A stretch of DNA of 63,909 bases, filler included, from Choristocarpus tenellus KU-1152 (taxonomy: Eukaryota > Protista > Phaeophyceae), in assembly GCA_964200185.2 (NCBI GenBank). It is 10 parts of 10 records of this genome, joined end to end, with 100 filler letters (N's around TTAATTAATTAA, not from the genome) between each part and the next. Parts side by side here need not be neighbours in the genome. Positions count along the whole stretch, not along the records: positions 47,636 to 57,509 come from CAXNAD020003318.1; positions 57,610 to 60,998 come from CAXNAD020020368.1; positions 61,099 to 63,909 come from CAXNAD020024549.1; 7 more parts are not named here. One strand, 5' to 3'. Every line of letters starts with the position of its first letter. The first letter of the stretch is position 1. This document shows, piece after piece, positions 51,400-63,690 of the stretch. The translations under genes and the position numbers were made by a program. The notes beneath the pieces were generated by a model. That model did not search any database and was not told the origin of the DNA. It worked only from the letters and a program-made list of their open reading frames with translations.

Positions 51400-53441
51400 C
51401 TATGATATTGTACATGCTGCTGATTGTGCATTTGGGTCACCCATATCCTTGAGGAGCTTGCAGACAACCTATGTAGCGTGGTACAGTGGGAGTTGGGAGC
51501 ATCTGTTGATGTGAGGGGAAATAGCCTGAGGACAAAAACTTGGTAGGCAATAATGTGAGATGCTGTAAATTCTATAATACCTCCTCAGGATAAAATGTGG
51601 TCCTGTTTGTTCATGGGTATTTGCAAGAAAAAGTCAACAAGGATAGTAACAGAAATTGGTGAAGATGACAACGAAAAGAAAACACGCATAATGGCATGCC
51701 GATGAAGTAGGTCTACAATCTACTTTGACATGCTTACGAGCAGGAAAGAAACTATCTCCAACAGGCAATAGGGATATTTGAACAGAAAACACTAGACAGA
51801 AGTTTCAAAGTTTATGAGTCAAGAGGTGGTGTGTCTATTGTAGGGTAACATACCTTATGTTGTCCTGCTGCTGCAAGATCAAATGCAGTTTTTTCTGCTC
51901 CATCCTTCAAATTACACATCTCTTCTAACTTCCCTAATGCTGCTGCTTTTTCCATACAAATCTTTACAACCTCTACCCGTCCTCCTTCAGAGGCTGCTGC
52001 AAAAGGTGTTGCCCCACTGGAGGTCTGTGCTAGTAGGTTAGGATCCTGATAAGGTGATGAATGGGAGGACAGAAAGGCCAAGAATATTAACAGCACCTCT
52101 AAACCAGTACTGTGAAGAATATATATTTTGCAGGCATCAGAACCAATTACAAGAAAAGAACATATTTGGTTCAGGAACTTTGCTCTGTTTTTTCTGGTCA
52201 ACAGAATCGGTGGTAGTGAACTTGTGAGATAATTATGGAAAACACACATACTGGTGTCTCTCAGTCTGGGACAGAATAAGTCTCTCACCTACACTCACCC
52301 TGGCAAGGAGTACTTCGGTAGCTTCTTTATGGCCGCTTATGCAGGACCAGTGGAGGGCTGTCCGACCACTCTTATCGACCTGATCTACTGGAGCCCCTTT
52401 CTCCAGAAGATAGTTCATTATCTCAACATTGTTTCCACCCGCAGCACTGCCAGAGTCAAGGACCCAAGAAGCAAGATATTGTGGGAGAACCGACCTCGAT
52501 TAAGCATTTCATTGCAGCGTCCCTTGTGTCGGAAGGACTGAATTTATTCTGAAACTCTGAGAAGGAATTCAAGGACAATGCACTTCTCTGACCATGTGGA
52601 ATCCCTGCAACCAACACACGAAAAATATGTGGGACTATTCGTTGCAAAATGAGTGATCGAAACAAACTTCGAAAAAGAGTGTGTGCTCCCATGGAAAGAA
52701 GACTCTGTAGTCAGATTCTAGAAGTCTAGAGGCTGGAAGCGATCGATGCAACCTGAATCTGAGCTGAAGGTGTATTTCGTCAAAGGCCTGCTGCACTGAA
52801 TGGAGGGACAGTCCGCCTCATAATTTTCAAATTTTATAGTACTTGTGTGGCAATGAATTCTGTCCCCCTTTTTCTCCATTCGAGGAACTTCTTTGTTGAT
52901 GAAGGCAATATGAACACCTGAAGGAGGTGGTCAGCACTGAATCGTCATAGTAATGTCGACTTGTGTTAGGCCTTGCTAGTTCCCGAGAGCTAAATATGAG
53001 AGTATTCGACCAGTGGAGTTATTCCCGGGGGAATACTAATACCCATCCACATACACAAAGATAAGTGCAGGTACCATTGAATACACGGTAGATGATACCG
53101 ACATGCAGGAATAATGACATATCTTATCGTAGGGCAAGGTCAAGAACACTTGCCGCCAATCGTGTAATGAGTCTAGTTTTCCCCCTTCCTTCTGCTTGCA
53201 AGGGTGGTTGAGAATAGTCTGAATCGGACTGAGTACATTTTGCATCAAGGTAGAGTGAAGGCAACACGCCTTTCTTATTTGATCTAGATCTATTTCACAA
53301 GGAAATGACTGACCGGTGGAGTGGTCGCCTCTCCGCTGCGCCAGGCGCATTGACATCAACTTCCCCAGTCTCAATCAATTCCTTAACCTTGCCCAGGTCA
53401 CCATTGTGAGCCGCCTTGTGGAGTTCTGTATCCACAGGCAT
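51400..53441 (-). CDS. Small ankyrin-repeat protein (178 aa) with C-terminal CaaX box (CTIS)
   Basis: Exons 53441-53314, 52446-52299, 52045-51854 and 51468-51400 total 537 nt. Ankyrin motifs TELHKAAHNGD, RRPLHRAAGGNN, GRTALHWSCISGH, GATPFAAASEGG and KTAFDLAAAGQH. The protein ends NAQSAACTIS*. Confidence 0.88.
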
Positions 53442-53893
53442 CGCTGCCTCAACCTACTTGCAATTAGGCGAAAGTTTGGTTGGAGGACCTCCTCTCAGCC
53501 CACCCCCTTCCTCCCCCCTTCTAATTCTGCAGCACAGAAGTCTGCCACAGCAGCCACTACTACCTCCCCCTTGGCCTTTTCATTGATCTGGGCGCTCGCT
53601 GCCGGAGCTGCTAGCGCACGTTGATTTATAGATGAACTAGAAAGGCTGGGCCTGGGAGCAATAGAGACTACGTGTGGTCTTGTTGCTGTTGAAACCCCTC
53701 TTGGACAACAAATAGATCTCGATCGAGTGAGATCCCACCAAGATGGTTGTTGTGGATGAGGCCCTGATTGGGGAGAAAAACAGTTTCGTTTTTCTAATTT
53801 GTAGAGGCGTCTTCTCCATTTTATTACAAGAGAGCAGGCGGAACAACTTTAGTTACAATATGCTATTATCCACTTGCATTTTGCTTTCGTCAA

Positions 53894-56800
53894 ATGTACC
53901 TTCGATCGCTGCCTAATGCTCAGGGACAGCCGTTCCTGGCCCCTGTCGCATTCCACATCCTTCCTTTTTGCTCGAGTGCTAATTTTAAAGCGGGGACGTA
54001 CCTGAGATCAACGTCAACATTTGGAGGTAGTAAATCATGCCAACAAGTTGATGTTAGAAGCGATGAATCTTGGAAGTGGAGGTGGACAAATGAGCGGGCA
54101 AACATCCTACATTTAGAAAATGGCGCGTAGTGTGTTCGGTTTGAGGCCAAGCTAGATTCTAGACAATGGTAGTGTTAAGGGGTTCATCTCACCACTGTCG
54201 ATCACTAATCAGTAATGAGTGTTGAGCAATGTCGAGCACAATATTCAACATAAGCTACTCATCCACGTTTCACTACCCCCTGCCCTATTACTCATGTGAA
54301 AGATGGACACAAGCACTTTCTCATTGGTGGGCTTGGCATACCCTGCACTCGCAAAGTTGCTCTGACCCTTTCAGCACAGGGAAATGGAAATGGAATGGAT
54401 GACAATCAGGGCAAGGTTGGGGACAAAGTCCTATCTGGTGTAAACCTAGAGCTGATGAGGATTCTTGTCACGGGGGAGGTCGTAGTGGGTATTGCAGCGG
54501 CGGTGCTGGCATTACTGTTGCAGGTGATGGGTGGATGGCGATATTTTTCAGCGTTTCGATATTACTCAAGAGGAGTAAACTCATCCTTGTCCCTTCTGTT
54601 TTGTTCGTGTGTTTTCCTGATGGAAGCGTACTAGACTCAAGTTACTCTTAATCTTATTCCACACTACGATTAGATTTAGCTGGCCATGTTTGGAGAACTC
54701 AAAGTTGAAGGCAGTGTTGACATGCCTGAATGATCATTCGATGTCATCAGAGATAATCGAACTGACGTCCGGAGATCTTACCCTCTCACGTTTAGTCTCA
54801 TAAATATTTCTGACCTTTTGCTTCGAAAGAAAGTCTCAGACTATTCAGCATTTAATTGCATCAAATGCAGTTGTCCATGACTAGCTGACAGTGTTCAACG
54901 CCGTTCTTGCGTCATACTTCGATCAAGGCGCATTTGCGTGGGATTCCTAGCATCTATCAATATCCATTCAAGAAACGTGTTTTCATTGAACAAAGACAAC
55001 ATTTACAACTCCCACTTCCTCTTTAAACCCAACACCCACGAAACGTTTTCCTCCTCACTATTTGACTCGTTGTGCTGAGCTTCAACGTACCAGTCTGGAT
55101 ATCTGGAAGTTACTATTCCCATTCTCCAGCATTTTATGTCCACTACTGTCAGCTTTAAGTCTCAACATGTTGCACCTTGTGCAGGTCAATCCTTTCTTGG
55201 GAATCGATTTTTCCCTGTCAACAGTGGGCCTTGGCGCCCTGGGTGCCCTTCCCATTTTCATTGTGAGAGCGAATTGTGACATATGATGCCTCAAATTGTG
55301 TCCCGTACCAATGTTTGCCTTCCTGTATGGGATTACCCTTGATGCAATAGAGTTGTGATACTGCGAACTTGCTCCAGGGCTTCCTGTTGTCTCAACGCTT
55401 TGGCAAGATTCCTTTTAGTCTGTTCCATTGGACCCCATCTTACTGTGATATTACACATGGATATATTTCTTCAGCAGGGATAATAGCTAGGAATTAGTTT
55501 ATATAAGAGTAGCACTGCCCTACCTGAATGAACAGTGGGGCAGACGGAGCATTAATGGACACCCCAGGCATATCTTTCGTTTTGTACAGAGTAGCACACT
55601 GATGATGTCCTATTTATTGCAACTAGAGAGGTACAGCTGACTGTACAAAGATGGTAGGCCCTATGTAACACTTGAGGTGATAGAGTAAAACTAGAAAGTT
55701 TTGAATCTGTCTTGACAGATCTGTTGCCCCAGTAGAGTCCTAACCCTAACCCTAATCCATTCCTATCCAAATATGGCAATGTGACTGAAGGCAAGTGTGT
55801 TGCTGGAGAAGAGTGGGGTGGACTTCTTCAGGAAAATTGACCAGGACACAAAATTGTATGTCCTTCAAACTTTTGGTGCAAACAGGAATTTGCTGGTGAG
55901 CCAATACAGTGTATGATGTTTAGTTAACACCCTTTCACTGTAGTAATTCTGTTGGCGGAATTTAGACTCCTAGCTATAGTGAGGTGATTTCGAATTGATA
56001 ATCTTACACGGATGTCTCTGATGGGTAATTCCAAGTGGTGCCAGTACACTCCACTTGTATGGCTTGTAAAAATACCAATATTGAAAACGTTTTGAAGCAT
56101 CCATTGGATAGTAGTCCTACCTCTTGCCAGTGTGCCAGGCGTGTGTTTACCATCAATCCATATATTTGAAAACATGAGAATTTTCTGTATATCTGATGTC
56201 TCGTAGGAATTTCTGCAGTCCTTGCACCATTTCAATAGCTCTCTTGATGGTAATGCCTGGGGTGAGGTCGTGGAATACCTACGTAAGTGTTATTATGGAG
56301 GTGAAAGTTTATCGTGTCCCAAGAACACAAACACACACACATATGATGTAAGAAACCTGTTTGTTTAGTGATACCATTATTGGAACTCACAGAGGGATTG
56401 GTAGTTGGTTGAAAGATTGAGCTCTTGAACTATAACAAACAGGGTTAGGGTTAGGGTTAGGGTTAGGGTTAGGGTTAGGGTTAGGGTTAGGGTTAGGGTT
56501 AGGGTTAGGGTTTGTAACATACTGGGTCAATTTGGGTGTCCTTACCTTGGAAGGGCTGGACAAGAGCCAGCACTAACGAGTTTCTTCTCGATGGTGTTTT
56601 GTTTCTTTGGATGGATTCCTATTGGTCTTTTTGTTTTGATTGCTGGTGTCAGAGTGTTTTTTGGAGGTTTCAAGGTCATGCTGGCAGATTTTTATGCTCT
56701 AGTATTGTGTGCAGCAAACCTGAGCTTATGTTTGAGTTTTCACATTTGACTTGCAATGGTGGAAGGTGCACCCTAGGTACTCACCCCACTTGGAAGGGGC

Positions 56801-57317
56801 TGTACTCTGGATCTAGCATTCTTTGAAGTTGCCACTAGCATTTTTTTTGTTTTTTTTTGTTATTGCTGCTTTTCCCCCCATGGCAACATGTTTAAAAAGG
56901 TCAGTGGGCATAAAATACCATCTACTACAGAATGTATGTTTAGTTTTACTCAGAAACCTTTTGATTCTTAATGTTACATAGCAGGGTACTTGAAATATAA
57001 TAGTATGATATTAGTGTCCAACCCTAACCCTAACCCCAACCCCGTGCTGGAATCCGACTTTGAACTCACTGCTGAGACTCCCGTTTCACACCCAGCAGGC
57101 GGTTCTTGCAGCGGCTAGCGTGCTTGCTCTTAGCGCAGGCGTATTTGAAGAGGCGCTCTTCCGTGGCGTGATTCAGCAGGTCCTTCAAGGACCCGTGGGG
57201 GATATTCCCGCTCTTGTGATTGCAGCAGTGCTGTTTGGGTTTGCTCATTCACCTGTACCTGGTGCCAATGCCTACACTGAGGCATGCTATGGTGCGAACT
57301 TTGGACTGCTCTACTTG
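53894..57317 (+). CDS. CPBP family intramembrane glutamic endopeptidase (type II CAAX protease/Abi), 3'-partial; N-terminus tentative
   Basis: Exons 53894-54026 (tentative), 54303-54523, 55185-55262, 55791-55895 and 57099-57317. Motif 1 AGVFEEALFRG and motif 2 LFGFAH, with several transmembrane segments. The last His motif is beyond the contig end. Confidence 0.85.
56441..56512 (+). repeat. Interstitial telomere-type repeat (AGGGTT)12 within an intron
   Basis: Perfect TTAGGG array. Shorter CCCTAA tracts at about 51031-51045, 55739-55755 and 57020-57043. Confidence 0.95.
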
Positions 57318-58847
57318 GTGAGAGGATGGGAGGAGGGTGTACGGTGTGTTTCTCTTTTACTTAACTTTTTTTGTTCTTTTTGTGTGTATGTTATTGTTGT
57401 GAAATTGTATGACGATCATCCTTTATCCCCTGCATTAAGGGGAGGGGGGGGGGGTGGTGTTTTTTTTTTTGGTTTAAAGATTTAACAATCATACCTTGCA
57501 CCCTTTTGTNNNNNNNNNNNNNNNNNNNNNNNNNNNNNNNNNNNNNNNNNNNNTTAATTAATTAANNNNNNNNNNNNNNNNNNNNNNNNNNNNNNNNNNN
57601 NNNNNNNNNCTCCCCCTAATCCCCCCCCCCCCCCCCCCCCTTTCCCTATAAAATTTTGGCAACTGCAGTCATTTGAATCAACAAACAAGACAATGTTGTA
57701 CAATTTCCAGATTAAGATTGATGTTTGATTATGCACAGCTTTCATATTCCACACTACGGGGTACAGGAAAGACAATACAGAATATTTTGAGAAGAGAAGC
57801 ATTTGTTGTATGACTGTATGACTGATGCAACCAGCTAATTGCAGGAGAAACAACGCAAAATATTATGAGGAGAGAAGCCTAATGCTTTCTCTTGAATTAC
57901 ATGTGCAGGGGGGAATTCCTGCACACGCTTAGAATTTTCTCAAGTTTCCAAGAATTTTCAGGTTAAAACCTGCTGAACCCTGAACCTTGTTCAAGGGATA
58001 CCTGTTTTTTGATAGCCCATAAAAAGTCTACAAGATGTAGTGAGCAATAAGGATTTTTTAGATATACATGTACTATCCTCGACTACTACGTGGAAATACC
58101 ACAGAAATAATTCTTGAAATTCAAGAACAAAGTGGCAAGGGTTCAGTGCCAAATGACTCCAGTAGATAGGTCCAGTTTGAGGGTCAAGGGAAGGAGGCAG
58201 AGAAATAAGCAGTGAGATGGCTGAGCCCAGCGCATGAGAAGCAAGGCACAGGGGGAGGTAGTGAAATTAGTCGTGTAAAAGTTGAAAAAGGTATGGGGAA
58301 ATGGTACTTTGCGGACGGAACACTCAGAGCTGCATGTGGACTCCAGGGGCATGAATGAAAAGACACTAAATTTTGGTGAGGGGGCAGGGTAAGAGGGAAG
58401 ACATTTTCTGATTTGTCAACTATGGCGCTTATGTCAAATTCTGTATGCCTTTTGATAGCAAGGTTTACTGAGTCAAAGTTGTGTATGTGAAAACAGACAA
58501 GTCAGTTGGTGGAGCTCCGAGGGGTGAGATGGAATTAAGTGTGTTTTATGCTGCTTGAGCACTAGCTCTCTGTAGCAGTAATATCAATGCCATGGAGTTT
58601 CATTTTTTTTTTAGTTGCGTTGGTCACTATTGTACTGGTTTCTACTGACCCCTCAGTGTGTTGAGATAAAACTGGAAGCTGCCCTATGTATCATTGAATC
58701 CAAATCAACTGCGCTACTCCTCTTTTCGAAATTCCATTTCATAGAAGTTCATTCCTTCCCGTCCCTCCCCCAAATCATGGGTACCTTCTGCATGAAACGG
58801 ACGGAATCATTTCTGTTGATTATTTCACATTCTTGTTTGTCTTTCAG

Positions 58848-60998
58848 ACGTTCCGGCAGCACCTTGACACCCTTCGCCCTGTGGAGTGTGGGCAGCTACT
58901 TGGCAAGCGGCTTTGCACAAGGTAGGGAGGAAGGGGAAGGAGGGAAGCCTGAAGCAGGTGTATCTGGGGAGAAAATTCAAGATTGGGCAAGGGATGGGCT
59001 GGAGGGAATGGAGTTTGTGCCAGGGCAAGACACTGGGACCACATGGCTATCTCCTGTGGATGAGCTCTATTTTCAGTGGTTTCTGGAGGTGGACCATGTT
59101 CGCTTGCTCTTCAGGGAGGACTGGTTGAGTCGTGCTGCATCCGAGGTTTGTGTTGGTGGGGGGGGGGGGAGGGAGGGGGGATATTTTTTTGCTGATTATG
59201 TGTATGTAAGGGACAATGAACCATTGCGTTATTTTGAATGGGAAGTAGGTGGGAGTGAGTGGATGTATGGAAACGGAAGAATATATTGGTGTTATGTGAT
59301 TTGATTTTCGGGTTTTGTGTGAGGCGGTAATGCATTGGGGGGGGAGGGGGTTCCCTTAATTGCTGTTGTTGCTGTTACATGCTGACTAAACTTGACTGTT
59401 TGTTGTGCTCTTCTTACATTTACTGTTATGCAGTGCCTCACACACTGATACGGTGGTAGTTGTGCGTTCACATGTTGATACAGGATTATGTGACACATTC
59501 AAACAGTGGGAGTATCTGGCTGTTTGTGTGTGTCTAGTTGGTGGGAGGTGATAATCATTTTTTTTAATTTTCGACTGTTGTAATTGTGTGAGCTGATCAA
59601 ACTTTGCTATCCATGCATGGCATGTAAAAAAGTACTATCATCATGGTTTGTGGGTTACAGTGGCGATGCCACTATCGAAGGGGTAGAGGATGCACCTTAT
59701 ATACCCATTGACTGGCTGATGTATACATTATATACCCATTGAATTGACACTATTGTGGTGAATTAGTAAGAACCTTTTTTTATGCGAGTTGAAGCCAATC
59801 TACTGCCCTGAAGGGGTGCCCATTCACGCTACATCACTTCCTTCAACTTTGGCATGCCTCTGTGTGTGTTTTGTGTAAATTTACATCATGCATGTGCATA
59901 CGTGCATACATGCATACATGTATACATGTATGTATCAAACTGTTCAGGGGATGGAGCTGGCAAACAATCTGCGACGCTATGCAGGACTCCAGAGCCTTGT
60001 GCTCCCTCAGGACCCTGCCCTTCCAGAGTTCAGGGCAAACATAGTTGCCACAACTCATACCTCATATCCACAGTACCCTCGCCATGGGTTGCTCATTGGG
60101 AAAAGTGAGTGGGGGTTAGGGGGTGATGATGGAAAAGAAGTGAGTGAGGTGAATGGGTCATACTTGCATGCTCGCTGGCGGCAATTTCTGGAGCTCTCAG
60201 CGATAGGTGGAGGTTTCTTAAAGGTTAGATGGCGATACCCTTCCGGAGCAGTGCTGTTAGTTGTGCAGGGTCCAGAGCAAGCTACGTTTTTGTCCCCACT
60301 GTACCGTGAGCTGATGGCTGCAGGACTCAATGGTGCTGGAGTGAGGGGGAGTGCTAGGGAGGTGTTCGTGGCTTTGGTAAGTTTATGAGAGAGTCCCTCC
60401 TCTCCTGTCCCTATTGGTAACTTCTTTTTCTAGTTTGTTTTCTTTGTTGGCTGTTGGGGATTTGTTTTTGAGTTTCGTGTACATGGTCTGTAGTCGAGTT
60501 TATTTGCTGCCTTTGCTTGGAATATACGTGAGTGCTTAGTTACATTGGCTTTGAAATGTGCTTGGATACATATTGTATAGTAAAATAAACAGATGTTTTG
60601 TACTGCTTCAAAGGATGTTCCAGTATTATTTGGACTGCCCCAAGAGTGTGTAATAGGGAAGCAGCCTGTAACCCTCCCCCAAGTTCCCAGTCCCTCCCTG
60701 TCTATTGGCCAACACACCCCTCCCCGTGCATGCCAACCCTTGAACTGTACCACACTTCTAGGTCTCAACAGACAAGGGGTCCAGGGAGGAAACCTCAAGT
60801 CCTAGCCACCTAACCCCCATAGCAGAGTGCACTGGCATTGCAACGGCCCTTGGTATTGTTTCTGAGGCTGCTGGGAGTTCTATCAGTGGTGGCGTTGCAC
60901 TTGGAGAAGTCCAACAACTTCAGGGCAGGGGGATAAAAGCACAGCAGGATGGGGAAGGTGGAGGGGGTGAGGGGGAGTCGCGTGCGATTCTTGGGTGG
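58848..60998 (+). CDS. Putative GT-A fold glycosyltransferase-related protein (plant At5g60700-like), internal fragment
   Basis: Exons 58848-59145, 59948-60376 and 60762-60998(cut) are in frame. SPVDELYFQWFLEVDHVRLLFRE...MELANNLRRYAGLQSLVLPQDP resembles, from memory, the VDxLxxxWFL...LFxE...LxxxLxKY...SxVLPxDP block of plant GT2-like proteins. Confidence 0.5.
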
Positions 60999-63214
60999 NN
61001 NNNNNNNNNNNNNNNNNNNNNNNNNNNNNNNNNNNNNNNNNNTTAATTAATTAANNNNNNNNNNNNNNNNNNNNNNNNNNNNNNNNNNNNNNNNNNNNGC
61101 GCTCATTTGGAGTCTTGCCTCCCAAGTATTCGTGAGGCATTCCATTGGTCTTGAATGTGGCATCTGCTACTGCAAAAAACCAGAACTCCTGCCCCATACC
61201 AGCCTGAATCAGCTGGCTGCGAGCAGCTTGCGTAATCTGTTTTATTGCCCGCTCAGCAATACCGTTGCTCTGGGGCGTGCTTGGGGGTGTCTTGCGCCAT
61301 TGCACGCCCCGCTCTGACAGCATGCGCTGGAACCTTATGCTCCTTCCGAACTCTCCAGTGCCATCTCCTCTGATGCATCTCACTACCACCCCATCCCGAG
61401 CCATTTCATCTATGTAGGCGGCATTGGCTGCTGTAGCAGCGTCCTTGGTACGCAGTCCTATCACACGCTTTTCCCTGCTAGCCTCGTCCACGAACACCTG
61501 AAAATATTTGATTCCTGTCACGTCTGGATTAAAAGGTCCCTCCATATCTGTGTGCACCACCTCCCCCACTGTCTTGGGACTGCGGCCTCCCCGTGCGTAA
61601 CTGAGTGCCTCGGACTTGCACTCCTTGCATACCTTGCAGTGAAGCTTGGAGGCGACTGTAGCATCTGCGATATCCAGGAGTCCTCGTTTTTCAAGGTGCT
61701 TTATCACAAAGGGGTTGAGGGGACCCATTATTTTATGCCAGTCGAAGAGGGAGAGACGCTGTTGTTTGGCGAAGCTTTCACTGACCTTGGGCTGGCCCTT
61801 CTTCCTATTGTCTGCCTGAAACTGGGCCTTCAGCATCAGGAAGGCTCCCTTCTCCTCTAAGTAGATTTGGCTGCCTCCTTGCTGGGCTTGATGTGGCTTT
61901 TCCTAAACCCAGATTCCACAAATTAACTTCCCTTGCGCCGCAGACTACCTGTGCTAAGAAGTCTACATGGTAGACCAGGAACCCAGAGCACATTCTGGAG
62001 CACAATCTTGGTCGGCTTGCTCTTCTCGTTATTGGCTTTCAACACCATCTTGCCAGTTGCCTTTGCTTCGAGTGTACCTTTATTACCAAAGGTGCAGGTG
62101 CGAGTGATCTTTGTTGCTGCAATGAGGTCCTGCAGTCTTGGGGTAAGATGCACATTTGCCCCCGAGTCACATAGTAGGCTGATGGTCTTCGTCTGGGTCA
62201 GATCTTGAGTGGAGGATAGATGTGCTGCCTCCACCATTCTGTCATACACTTCCTCCCCCACAGACACATTCATGGCCAGGAATGTTTTTGATGATCCCTG
62301 CCGATTTGCCTTGCCTCCACCTCTGCCACCTTTGCTCCGTTTCTTGGTTGGTGGTGGTGGAAATTGTGGTTTCGTCGACCCCTGGGGGCGCTTATCAGGA
62401 GGTTGGCCATCCATATATGAGCAGCATTCTCGCCACTGGTGATTATATCCTAGGCAGAACGTACATTGGTTTGAACTGAGGCCGCTCCTAGATTCCAGTT
62501 TCCTTGTCTGTGACTCTGCCCCTATATGCAGCGCCATAGCCCCTGAGGTCCTCGTTGTTTCTCCTGTTACCTCTGTGGTCATATAAGAGGCAGAAGAGAT
62601 GATGGCAATCTTCAACTGATCATATGTGAAATTTGGAGTTGTTGACAGTTGTGCGAAAACCTGTGGCATGCTCTCTTTGATGCCTATGATTAAAGCCCCT
62701 ATTTTGGCATGATCCTCCTTAGCGGCCTCTAGCTGCTCGAATTCTGTCCATATGTGATCAAGACGAATTGCAAAATCTGCAGCGTCCTCCACTGACGAGC
62801 AGAATGTGTCTCGCAGCTTCATTTCAAGGGCAATAGGCTGCATAGACCACTGAATTGTAGCGCGCCCACCATATATTTGCTCTAGTTCGAGCTAGGCAGC
62901 CCTCCTATCAGGGCTACCAATATTCTCGTGTGAGCTGACAATCATAGCTGCAGCACCTCTCGTGGCCTGTCCCAGCAGGAACCGCAAGGCTTCTCGATGC
63001 GTAACGTATTCATCGTACGTGCAGCGTTCTTCGAATGATGTGTCGACTGTGGGAGGTGCTGGAATGCAGTATGTAGGTTGAAGTATCCGGTACAGTCCTT
63101 TGCCGCCCGCGTAACTCACCAATGCCATCCACCATTCAGCCCACTTCTCCCTTGTGTGCCCGCGCGCTCCACTCCACAGTGGCAGCTTACGAGAGTCCGC
63201 TTCCATACCGCTGA

Positions 63215-63225
63215 GGCTCATAACC
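63215..63225 (-). other. Primer-binding site GGTTATGAGCC (internal initiator tRNA-Met type)
   Basis: Resembles the GGTTATGGGCCC PBS of Drosophila copia. It overlaps the gag ATG at 63221. Confidence 0.7.
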
Positions 63226-63227
63226 TA

Positions 63228-63455
63228 TGCAAAAGAGAACTACTCAAGTAGAGTATTTTGCTTTGTGCGGTATGGATGTGTTTATTAGTGGAGTGAGCAC
63301 TGCCCTCGGTGGTGGGGGGTGCTCTCTCTTATTATCTTATTGTTTATTACATATATCAGCTGACACATCAGCTGACACTTTGTTTTGCTCACGAATTCTG
63401 GATTATTATTATTTGCTCATTCCTAATTTGCCATTCCTCTATTCTCTATTCCCCA
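63228..63455 (-). repeat. Putative 5' LTR (about 228 bp, TG...CA) of the copia element
   Basis: Ends ...TTTGCA on the minus strand, 2 nt before the PBS. The TG start at 63455 is inferred from where the flanking dispersed repeat resumes. Confidence 0.6.
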
Positions 63456-63690
63456 TTTGATGGCCAACCATTGCGACTGCCCTTCGTCACTGATTGCCAG
63501 CCATCCTTTCAACCCACACAACTTACCACTCCCCTCAACCCCACAGCAGTTCTCACACCACTCAACACCACTCCACAATCATCCAAGAACACCCCTTCAT
63601 CATCCACTTCAAACCGTGCCTTTGAGCTAGAAGACATCTACCCCGCCGTAACTTGACCTCCCCTCCCCTTTCAGGGTTGATTTCTTCTAT
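63456..63690 (-). repeat. Third copy of the GGVDVF dispersed repeat, abutting the copia LTR
   Basis: The reverse complement reads gtcaagttacggcggggtagatgtcttctagctcaaaggcacgg...gattgtggagtggtgttg...tggttggccat, aligning with 3690-3933. Confidence 0.7.

Larger units (their letters stand above)
61099..63455 (-). mobile_element. Ty1/copia LTR retrotransposon, degenerate, 5' half (LTR, PBS, gag, protease, integrase)
   Basis: Gag with zinc knuckle CTFCLGYNHQWREC, protease LLCDSGANVHLT, and integrase VHTDMEGP / FVDEASR / IRGDGTGEF / PQSNGIAERA in PR-IN order (copia). Premature TAG at 62894-62892 and a frame break near 61923-61836. Confidence 0.93.

Noticed and set aside
56441-56512. True chromosome end
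   Set aside because: The array is flanked on both sides by unique intron sequence between in-frame exons.
4106-61098. Nine regularly structured N-TTAATTAATTAA-N blocks
   Set aside because: Artificial linkers joining contigs. They are not biological repeats, and ORFs running into them are artefacts.
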